Below are positions 54,050 to 62,132 of a stretch of DNA of 62,407 bases, piece by piece (position 1 is the stretch's first letter; every line of letters starts with the position of its first letter). Below the pieces are notes generated by a model that worked only from the letters and a program-made list of their open reading frames with translations, was not told where the DNA came from and searched no databases. The stretch covers positions 1 to 62,407 of the forward strand of contig DOWS01000046.1 of assembly GCA_003519445.1 (NCBI GenBank), read 5' to 3'. The DNA is from Candidatus Daviesbacteria bacterium. Its GTDB lineage: Bacteria > Patescibacteriota > Microgenomatia > Daviesbacterales > UBA10151. Made by a program: the position numbers and the translations under genes.

Positions 54050-54908
54050 CTAGAATTTCAATTGTTTCCTCCCATTTTAAAAATTTTAAATCAAGTATTT
54101 TTTGAGTTTTTTCCACTTTGAGTCCGCCGTATTGAGGGTATCTAATAGGACTATCTTTTAGAAAACTTTCAATACTATTTGGTTTTACAGCATTCTTAAT
54201 ACCTCTTGCTTTTTCTATTAGATAATTTGCTAATTTATAGGGGGTAAAAATATTAACGCTGGAAGTATGAAAAATTCCGGTTGATCTTTTTGCCAAAAGA
54301 GCTTTCAAAGTTTCCGTAACCTCATTAATATAAGTGAGCGTTAAATACTGATCATTAAACATAGGATAAAGTTTCCCCATATCATAAAGCTTAAGAATTT
54401 TGCGGACATAATCCGGTTTTGGAGCATATTTAGTTCTTGAGGGATTGGAAATCCGCAAAATCGCGGCATTTTTTAGGTTATTCATCACCAGTTTTTCCGC
54501 TTCTTTTTTAGTCCAGCCATACCATGATAGAAAATCAAGGTTTTCTTCCGGTGAATCGTCTTCTGAATATGGTCCCGGATTTTCCTTTTTTCCGGAAAAA
54601 ACTACATCTGTAGAAATATAAATAAAATAAGTATCGGGATGTACTGCTCGAATCAGGTTAGCGGTTCCTTCTGCATTTACGATCCAACAGGGAGCTTTTT
54701 TGTTATTCCGTTGCTCCTCCGCCGCTGTTACATCTGTAAAAGCAGCAAAATGAATGATTATTTCCGGATCGTTCAATCTGAAAAATTTTTCCAGGGATTT
54801 TTCATCCGTAATATCTAATTCGTTTACGGGGGGGGATAAGACATCCGGGTAATTCTCAATGAAATGAGAACCAACCAAACCATTACCGCCGGTGACTAAT
54901 ATGTTCAT
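54024..54908 (-). CDS. RmlD-like NAD(P)-dependent sugar reductase (SDR)
   Basis: 294 aa with MNILVTGGNGLVGSH and an RmlD_sub_bind-like layout. It contains a C8 tract (coding strand) at 54828-54835. Confidence 0.7.
   Translation of the reverse strand: MNILVTGGNGLVGSHFIENYPDVLSPPVNELDITDEKSLEKFFRLNDPEIIIHFAAFTDVTAAEEQRNNKKAPCWIVNAEGTANLIRAVHPDTYFIYISTDVVFSGKKENPGPYSEDDSPEENLDFLSWYGWTKKEAEKLVMNNLKNAAILRISNPSRTKYAPKPDYVRKILKLYDMGKLYPMFNDQYLTLTYINEVTETLKALLAKRSTGIFHTSSVNIFTPYKLANYLIEKARGIKNAVKPNSIESFLKDSPIRYPQYGGLKVEKTQKILDLKFLKWEETIEILAKQLRVLE
54828..54835. repeat. homopolymeric G8 (C8 on the coding strand) inside 54024..54908
   Basis: The sequence cgtttacGGGGGGGGataag encodes S-P-P (tcc ccc ccc) about 25 codons from the start. 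Confidence 0.9.
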
Positions 54909-55639
54909 ATAAAAAGATTTATCTTAAATCCTAATCTGGCTAAAATAAAAAGCCCCAGTACTTTGAATGTGCCCAATGCATATTTGATACTATTTTTTAA
55001 GCTGGCTCCCCTTTTTTTACCTATATAACTCGTTTCAACAGGCACTTGAGCTATTCTGATTTTATGATAAACCGCCTGGGCAATTAGTTCAAAGCTAAAT
55101 AAATAATTATTAGAATTTACCTGATAATTTATTTTTTCCAGCATTTTTGCGGTATATACCCTAAAACCCTGATGAAAGTCATCTAAATTTACTCCCAGCA
55201 TAATTTTGTCTATATAATTTAATAATCTAATAGGTATCCATTTCCAATAATACATGCCGGATCTTAACGGATTGTCTAGAGTTGTGAAGCGGTTGCCTAA
55301 AATAAACTCTGTGCCGGATTTAATCTTTTTAATAGCCAATGGGATAGCAGAAGGCTTATATTCACCATCCGGATGAATATCAATGATTATATCTGCTCCA
55401 GCTTTAAGGGCCAGATTTAAAGCCTTTTTCATATTACCTCCATAACCTAAATTAAATGAATTACGGTATGAGTGAATCCCTAGTTTTTTCGCCAGCATAT
55501 AGGTTTTATCTTTGGATGCATCATCAACTAAGATTATCTCATCAACTAAATTTTTAGGAAAATCATGATAAAATTTCTCCAGAGTTTGGGAAGCATTAAA
55601 TGCTAAAAAAATTGTAATAATTTTTAGTCGTTTTTTCAT
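54905..55639 (-). CDS. GT2 polyprenol-phosphate sugar synthase-like (DPM1-type)
   Basis: 244 aa with LVDDASKDKT, NLGYGGN and DIHPDGEYKP. It is a paralogue of 58481..59239. Confidence 0.85.
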   Translation of the reverse strand: MKKRLKIITIFLAFNASQTLEKFYHDFPKNLVDEIILVDDASKDKTYMLAKKLGIHSYRNSFNLGYGGNMKKALNLALKAGADIIIDIHPDGEYKPSAIPLAIKKIKSGTEFILGNRFTTLDNPLRSGMYYWKWIPIRLLNYIDKIMLGVNLDDFHQGFRVYTAKMLEKINYQVNSNNYLFSFELIAQAVYHKIRIAQVPVETSYIGKKRGASLKNSIKYALGTFKVLGLFILARLGFKINLFI

Positions 55640-55693
55640 ATGATATTATTGGCAAACATTATCACCAAATCAAAAATTTGGCAAGCAAAAATA

Positions 55694-56587
55694 TTAATAA
55701 TTTTTCTCTTTCTTGTTTTTAGCAATAATTAACCCAATGGGGGACTGATTAATCAAATACAAAAAAATCTGCCAAAGAAGCACTATCATCAGTATTGGTG
55801 AGGCAATTACTAAGTAAAGCAGGGAAACATTTTTTTTAAACAAGGCTGAAGTATTAATTCTTAAAACTGCCAAAATACTGGCCACAAAACCACCTAATGA
55901 GTATTCAGGGGCTATGACACTTTGGCAAGAGAGTATCTTAAGATTATTATTTTTAAGTACTTTAATGAGTCCTTTTATCGTAAGATGAGATAAATGTCTG
56001 GGGGGGTCCAGATGAAACCAATATTTTGAAAATATTTTTGATTCTAAACTGTTATATCTGGGAAATTCAATCATAATAAGACCGTTTTTATTTAGAAGCG
56101 AGCTTGCTTTTTTAATATATTCTGCAGAATTTGAAATATGCTCCAGACTTTCCCAAAAAACCACGGCATCGAATTTTTGTTTTATTTGCCACTTAATAAA
56201 GTCTTTTTTAATGACATCTGGGTTTTTAATTTCAGCACCCGGGATGTCTAAATTAATTACCTTAAATTGATTGGATAAAGATCTACCGAATATTCCTTCG
56301 CCAGAGCCTACATCCAAAATTTTCCCTGTACTTAAGTATTTTTTTATCCATTTTTTTCTACGGGCTTGGAATAATTGATATAACATTTCTTTTAATATTC
56401 CGGTTACGCCGGGACTTTTCCAATAAATATCAGAGTAATATTTTCCAATATTTTTAGGTACAGGATAGGTAAATCCTAGAAAACAGTTGTTGCAATAAAG
56501 AATATGAAATTTTTGGTTGAGTGTAGGTAGAGTTAGGGTAGTATTTGTTTGACACTGCGGGCATCTTAGTTTATTCTTTGATTTCAT
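55694..56587 (-). CDS. class I SAM-dependent methyltransferase with an N-terminal Zn-ribbon and C-terminal TM anchor
   Basis: It has CPQCQT...YCNNCF, ILDVGSGEGIFG and a C-terminal hydrophobic tail. I prefer the ATG at 56587, because the tracker start at 56617 is a TTG. A C7 tract (coding strand) lies at 56000-56006. Confidence 0.8.
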   Translation of the reverse strand: MKSKNKLRCPQCQTNTTLTLPTLNQKFHILYCNNCFLGFTYPVPKNIGKYYSDIYWKSPGVTGILKEMLYQLFQARRKKWIKKYLSTGKILDVGSGEGIFGRSLSNQFKVINLDIPGAEIKNPDVIKKDFIKWQIKQKFDAVVFWESLEHISNSAEYIKKASSLLNKNGLIMIEFPRYNSLESKIFSKYWFHLDPPRHLSHLTIKGLIKVLKNNNLKILSCQSVIAPEYSLGGFVASILAVLRINTSALFKKNVSLLYLVIASPILMIVLLWQIFLYLINQSPIGLIIAKNKKEKNY

Positions 56588-56616
56588 CTCGTGGGATTTA
56601 TTATATAATAATTTCA

Positions 56617-58491
56617 ATGAACAAAACTATTAAATTAGTTCAAAATACGGTATTGCTTGCATTATTAATAGTTACGGTTGCTATTTCCAACTATTATCTG
56701 TTAAGTGATTCGCTGACTTTGGGTTTTAAGCCGGATGATTGGATTCTATATTTTTCCTATAAGGCTCTTGGCACGAATCCTCTTTCTCAAATTGTATCGG
56801 TTTGGGCTGAAAGGGGAATATATACCACATACCAGGTTTACTATATGGGTTTTTTGGATAGCCTTTTTGGCTTGAATTATTATTCATTTCACTTTGTTAA
56901 CTTAATCTTTAAGATTGTTGCCACCATAAGTTTATACCCTTTAATTCTCGTACTGTCTAAAAACAAGTTACTGGCAGTTTTATCCGTAATTCTGTTTGCT
57001 ATTAGTCATTCAACAGTAGGCCCCTTAGAGCTTGTTGTTAAGGGGAGCGATTATTTAGCCATCATTTGGATGAACCTTTTTTTGATAGTGTACTATCTGA
57101 TAATTGTAGATAAGCTGGTTGGATTAAAATACCACCTTCTTTTATTTATTCTTTTTATTCTATCTTTGGCTTTTTCACCAATTAGAATTTTCCCACTTAT
57201 AGTAATTCCACCTATGGTTGAAATATTTTTGATATTAAAACACTTTGATTGGACTGCAATTAAAAAGTCTTTTATCAGGCTTGTAGTTCTTTATTGGCCC
57301 TTTATTGTTTTAATTCTATATTCTCCCATTTCCGTATTAGGGAATGCCGGAGGTCCTTTTGGAGTCTTTGAACAAGTTTCAAAAGGTAATTGGTTTTATG
57401 TTTTAGCACCAATTTCAGGAATAGGTTACACTTTCATAGCCAATGATTATTGGGGTAAAATTTTCGGTTTGTTAATAACAGATAATTTTAAAAATTATCT
57501 GTATTTTTTATCAGGAGGACCCACAATTATTTGTGGAGCATTAACTGCAGCAGTAGCTTGGTCAAGAATTCCAAAACGGAAACTCCTTTTTTTTATTCTG
57601 ACTACCGCATTGAATTTTATTCTGCAAATACTTTTTTTCTTTATTGCTTTTCACCACTTAGGAATTACTTCTTCAAATGTAAATTATGATCCCTCAAATC
57701 TTTATTCAGTAATTTTTGGAGGATATATAGTGGTATCCGGTTTTATGGTATTTCTAAATTGGTTAAAATGGGGGGGGAGCGATAGAGTTTTAGCTTTACT
57801 TTGGATTGGTTCAGTTTTTTTGTTTATTTTTACTTTCCTGACATGGGTTTTTGCACCCTTGGGGACAGGATTTAGCAGTACAAGCTATTATTTGGTGGTT
57901 GCCTCAATTGGATCTTCCCTTATGATTGCAACTTTTTTAGTGTCAATCTATGAAAAGATAAAGCATCGGTTAAAATTGTTAGCTTTTTTACCATTCTTGA
58001 TTATTATCTTGATTTTTGGAATGAGTAGTCACGAGATCCGGCAGAGGTTTTCCAGTCTAAATAAGGATGGCCGTGGTGCGGTGGGACAGATTATAATGCA
58101 AGAGGAAGCAAGACGGGTTTTGAAAGATTACAAGGTGGGAGATTTAATCTTGGTTTATTTTGATACTTCGGATATTAGCGGTAATGGGCAGTTCTATTCA
58201 GAGGGATTTCTGACAAGCCTTCCTTTTTTTATGCATTTTCGTGATAACAAAATAGTTGACGGTTGCATTGGAGTAATCTTTGAAGATAGTAACATGGTAG
58301 AATTAAGGAAATTGGTTCAAGCTCAAAATGGAATAAAAGGATTTAATTACCCGAGTTTATGTATAACTGAAGGAAAAAGTAGCTTAAGAACCTTATTTTT
58401 TACTCAAGATCACTTTTATGCATTCAAAATTAAGGATAGAAAACTGATTGATATTAAAGAGAGTGTTTTGAATCAGTTACATGTTAAGTAA
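56617..58491 (+). CDS. polytopic membrane protein, putative GT-C of an unrecognised family ((D/E)DW first-loop motif) with a C-terminal soluble domain
   Basis: I prefer the ATG at 56617 (MNKTIKLV...). The FKPDDWILYFSY motif follows TM1, and there are more than 10 TM helices. It is a paralogue of 59252..61141 and contains a G8 tract at 57770-57777. Confidence 0.65.
   Translation: MNKTIKLVQNTVLLALLIVTVAISNYYLLSDSLTLGFKPDDWILYFSYKALGTNPLSQIVSVWAERGIYTTYQVYYMGFLDSLFGLNYYSFHFVNLIFKIVATISLYPLILVLSKNKLLAVLSVILFAISHSTVGPLELVVKGSDYLAIIWMNLFLIVYYLIIVDKLVGLKYHLLLFILFILSLAFSPIRIFPLIVIPPMVEIFLILKHFDWTAIKKSFIRLVVLYWPFIVLILYSPISVLGNAGGPFGVFEQVSKGNWFYVLAPISGIGYTFIANDYWGKIFGLLITDNFKNYLYFLSGGPTIICGALTAAVAWSRIPKRKLLFFILTTALNFILQILFFFIAFHHLGITSSNVNYDPSNLYSVIFGGYIVVSGFMVFLNWLKWGGSDRVLALLWIGSVFLFIFTFLTWVFAPLGTGFSSTSYYLVVASIGSSLMIATFLVSIYEKIKHRLKLLAFLPFLIIILIFGMSSHEIRQRFSSLNKDGRGAVGQIIMQEEARRVLKDYKVGDLILVYFDTSDISGNGQFYSEGFLTSLPFFMHFRDNKIVDGCIGVIFEDSNMVELRKLVQAQNGIKGFNYPSLCITEGKSSLRTLFFTQDHFYAFKIKDRKLIDIKESVLNQLHVK
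57770..57777. repeat. homopolymeric G8 inside 56617..58491
   Basis: The sequence aaaatGGGGGGGGagc encodes W-G-G (tgg ggg ggg). Confidence 0.9.
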
Positions 58492-59239
58492 AATGATACA
58501 TTATAAAAATAAAGGTTCTGAAGTTATAGTGGTAATTCCTGCATATAATTCAGAGAAAACAATTGAAAAAGTATATAAGAATATACCCACAGGATTAGTT
58601 GATGAAGTTATCATAGTTGATGACGGATCAAAGGATAATACCGTAGCAGTTATAAAAGAATTAGGTATAAAGCCGATTATTCATACAAAAAACTTGGGGT
58701 ATGGAGCAAACCAAAAAACTTTATATACTAATGCAATAAATTCAGGGGCAAAATATGTAATTATGCTTCACCCTGACGGCCAGTATGATCCCCGGGACCT
58801 GCCAAAATTTATTAATGCTTTAAAAGCCGGTAAAGGAGACCTGATTTTAGGGTCGCGTTTTTTGTCAAAGGGGGTTAACGAAACTCCGGGATATAAATCA
58901 ATTTCGTTAAAATTGATAGCAGTACTTTTTAATCTAGTGTTGGGTTTAAATTTATCTGAAGTTAATACAGGATACCGAGGTTATACTGCTAAATTATTAA
59001 GAGTGATTCCCTTTATGAAAAACGGCAATGGATATATTTTTGATCCCCAACTTATTATTCAAGCGGTTTATTTCGGTTTCAAAATTGCCGAAGTGCCGGT
59101 TTCCAAAAAATATAACAAAGAGGCCATCTCGCCCAATTTTTCTAAGTCTATTCAGCACGGGTTTGAGAATATGCAGCTTTTAATAGAATATATTCTGCAC
59201 CGTCTGAAATTGAAACAGGCTACTTTTTTAACAGCTTAA
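58481..59239 (+). CDS. GT2 polyprenol-phosphate sugar synthase-like (DPM1/ArnC-type)
   Basis: 252 aa with VVIPAYNSEKTI, VDDGSKDNT, NLGYGANQ and LHPDGQYDP. Confidence 0.85.
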   Translation: MLSKMIHYKNKGSEVIVVIPAYNSEKTIEKVYKNIPTGLVDEVIIVDDGSKDNTVAVIKELGIKPIIHTKNLGYGANQKTLYTNAINSGAKYVIMLHPDGQYDPRDLPKFINALKAGKGDLILGSRFLSKGVNETPGYKSISLKLIAVLFNLVLGLNLSEVNTGYRGYTAKLLRVIPFMKNGNGYIFDPQLIIQAVYFGFKIAEVPVSKKYNKEAISPNFSKSIQHGFENMQLLIEYILHRLKLKQATFLTA

Positions 59240-59251
59240 TTTAACAGGTAT

Positions 59252-61141
59252 ATGAAAATGAAATTGTGGATATTTTTGTTCTTAATCGGTTTAGTTTTTT
59301 TTATCCAATTTACCCTCTTACAACCAATCATTCAATACAGATTATTTGTAGAAGATTGGACTATGCTTACAGGTTATAAATATCTCTATCCTAACCCCTT
59401 TTTAAGATTTGTAGATGTTTGGACGGGCAGTGGTGGCCTGCACACTACTGCACAAATATATTATATAGGGATATTATCCGATTTTTTGGGCTATAATTAT
59501 CGAGCTTTTCATGTTATCAATGTAATATTAAAAGGCATAGCTACTTTGACACTTTTTCCATTGGTATTGATTCTGTTTAGAAATAAACTGCTTGCTTTTT
59601 TGACTACTATTTTCTACGCAATTAGCGCCGGCTCGGCAGGACCTTTGATAATGGTAATTAAAGGCGGGGAGTATTTGGCGGTATCAGCATTAAATATATT
59701 CTTAATTGTTTATTATTATGCGATTTCTAAAAAGTCGATTTTTCTTGTTGCTCTTTCGTCTTTTTTATTTCTTCTTACTTTTCTTCTTTCCCCATCAAGG
59801 ATGTTCCCAATTTTTTTTCTGGTTTTACTCGTAGAAATATTTTGGTTAGTAAAGTCTGGAAGTCTTAAGAATTTAAAGTTTTCCCTATTAAGACTTTTAT
59901 GTTTTTATATTCCGGTTTTTTTGATTGCAAGATCTGCTCCTGTTTCTTCATGCTGCCCATTTGCTTCCCGCCCGCCTATTATTTTAAAAGAAATTCTTGA
60001 CGGTAATTGGCATAATCTCCTTGTTCCATTCGCCGGAATCGGTTATTCGCTTTTGACTACGGATTTTTGGAAATATTTTGGTTTTATTGATATGGCAACT
60101 TTCATGGATTTTGGCAAGTATCTGTTTTTGCTTTTCAGGAGCTCTGCAATTTTCTTTTTTGTAACTATATTGATTTCAATAATAATTTCAAAAAAGCCCG
60201 GTAAATTTTTCATTTTAGTTTTTGCCACAAATTTTATTCTGGATGTTTTAATGTTTTTTGTAGCAAGTCACCATTTTTATATACCAGATAAGCTTAGATC
60301 GTTTATGGATCCTTCTTTCTATCTAATTACCAAATACCCGGCATTAGTGGCTCTTTATGTATTTACTGTATCCTTTTTTGCATTTTTAGAATGGAAAAAA
60401 TCCGAAAGCAATAAACCTTTACTTATGGCTTTGTGGGTAGGCCCGGTTTTTTCGGTTGCTTTCTTGTGGCCAACTTGGTTAGTTATAGGGACATTGATAG
60501 GTTATTATACCAGTGTTAGTTGGTACTTAATTATACCCCCAATAGGCCTTTCGTTATTTATATCTGCGGTTCTAGTTTTGTTCTACGAGAAATTAAAATA
60601 TACAAGTGCGTTGAGGAGTATTGCCATATTAGTTATATGTGCCATAATTTTCGTTTTATATAAAACAAGCGGGATGGAAATTACCAGAGCTTTTATGGGT
60701 ATAAATCCGCAAAGAGTCAAGATTACCGATCAAGGATTACTGCAGGATAAATTACTGGCAAAAATCGGCGGCCGCTATAAAAGCGGAAACCTTTTTGTCT
60801 ATTTTGATATAGAAAATGATGTTAAATATTCTAAACAGTATTACCAGGACGCACTGTCTTTAGATCATTTTGAATATTGGATGCATATTAGAAGATCAGA
60901 TGGTTTGGGTGGTTGCGTTTCAGGTATAAGCAATAAGGATGTTTTAAGAAAAGCTGTTAAATCTAGTGACGCGAAAGTGGAATTTGTTTACAAAGGAATT
61001 TGTATGGAGATGGATAAGAAGGAAGTCCAAAAGTCTGACGATGCTATAGTTTACGATGTTAATGATTTCTACGCCTATAAATTAGAAAACGGAGAGTTTA
61101 TAGATATTAAGGAACAGACGCTTAAGGAGATAAATCCTTAA
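59252..61141 (+). CDS. polytopic membrane protein, paralogue of 56617..58491 (putative GT-C, (D/E)DW family)
   Basis: 629 aa with FVEDWTMLTGY after TM1. Shared blocks include YY(M/I)G.L......NY..FH..N...K..AT..L(Y/F)PL.L.L..NKLLA and the C-terminal FYA(F/Y)K......IDIKE. Confidence 0.65.
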   Translation: MKMKLWIFLFLIGLVFFIQFTLLQPIIQYRLFVEDWTMLTGYKYLYPNPFLRFVDVWTGSGGLHTTAQIYYIGILSDFLGYNYRAFHVINVILKGIATLTLFPLVLILFRNKLLAFLTTIFYAISAGSAGPLIMVIKGGEYLAVSALNIFLIVYYYAISKKSIFLVALSSFLFLLTFLLSPSRMFPIFFLVLLVEIFWLVKSGSLKNLKFSLLRLLCFYIPVFLIARSAPVSSCCPFASRPPIILKEILDGNWHNLLVPFAGIGYSLLTTDFWKYFGFIDMATFMDFGKYLFLLFRSSAIFFFVTILISIIISKKPGKFFILVFATNFILDVLMFFVASHHFYIPDKLRSFMDPSFYLITKYPALVALYVFTVSFFAFLEWKKSESNKPLLMALWVGPVFSVAFLWPTWLVIGTLIGYYTSVSWYLIIPPIGLSLFISAVLVLFYEKLKYTSALRSIAILVICAIIFVLYKTSGMEITRAFMGINPQRVKITDQGLLQDKLLAKIGGRYKSGNLFVYFDIENDVKYSKQYYQDALSLDHFEYWMHIRRSDGLGGCVSGISNKDVLRKAVKSSDAKVEFVYKGICMEMDKKEVQKSDDAIVYDVNDFYAYKLENGEFIDIKEQTLKEINP

Positions 61142-62127
61142 TTATCTCGTTCCGGCCCTTTGCCGGATCCTTCCAGTGTTTTCGTCATTGTCTCTTGCCA
61201 TCCCTTAAGATATTGTAACGATCTTTGCAATTCTCTTTGAAAACTTTCTTCTTTTTGGAGATTAAAACCAAATATATTCAGATGATTTTGTAAAAGTTTA
61301 AGATACTGCCTTTCTGTTTCAAAGCGTAATCCCCATTCTTTAGGATTTTTGTTGCTTGCGGCTCCAAGAGTAGTCATATAAGCTTGTTGTAATAAAGAAT
61401 AATCTCCTGTAATTTTAGCGTCTAACGACATAATAAATTGTAACGGTGTTTCAAATGTCAATACATTATGAGTTTCAGCAGATTTGATAGTTGCTCCTCC
61501 CTCTTTTGCAATAATAATCCATTTGGGTTGGGGGAAACTAATTGGTTCCATCTCTGGAGAGCGTCTTAGTATTTCTTCTACCACATCAGCCGACATAACA
61601 TGAGCAGTACTGCCAATATCTAGCGGTATTCCAAATGCTTTACTATATAATCCTTTGAACTCCGTCTCTGTATGGACTAAAGGGGGATGATGAGCTAAAA
61701 AATCTTTTAGACTCCTGCGGAGATTTAAGTAGCTACCGGTATCGCCAATATTTGCTGCCATTTCTGCCATTTCTGACAAATCCTTTGGATAATACTTTGC
61801 GGCAACAACAATTCTGTCCCAATCAGTATATTGAATTTTACTAATTCCTAATTCCCTGGTAACAGCAAGTGCTTTGCGCAAGGCATTCAGGTGATTATTT
61901 TCAATTTCGTTGTCAACGATGGGGCTTGTTAAATCAGGCTCTGTAATATAAATTCCCCGTTCTCCTTTAGATCTAAGCAATTCTTTTACAAGAGGATCTG
62001 TTGTTGCAGTAATACTGAAAACCCACCCGCGGTAATTTGACAAAACAACATCCACTGCCTGTTGCAGAGGTTTTAATAGCGCTCCTTTTGGATCATGTAG
62101 CGTTGAGGTTAATAGGACATTTTGCAT
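61138..62127 (-). CDS. hypothetical soluble protein (no family recognised)
   Basis: This is a long 329-aa ORF with composition more G+C-rich than the membrane genes. I could not recognise any diagnostic motif. Confidence 0.55.
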   Translation of the reverse strand: MQNVLLTSTLHDPKGALLKPLQQAVDVVLSNYRGWVFSITATTDPLVKELLRSKGERGIYITEPDLTSPIVDNEIENNHLNALRKALAVTRELGISKIQYTDWDRIVVAAKYYPKDLSEMAEMAANIGDTGSYLNLRRSLKDFLAHHPPLVHTETEFKGLYSKAFGIPLDIGSTAHVMSADVVEEILRRSPEMEPISFPQPKWIIIAKEGGATIKSAETHNVLTFETPLQFIMSLDAKITGDYSLLQQAYMTTLGAASNKNPKEWGLRFETERQYLKLLQNHLNIFGFNLQKEESFQRELQRSLQYLKGWQETMTKTLEGSGKGPERDN

Positions 62128-62132
62128 AATTT

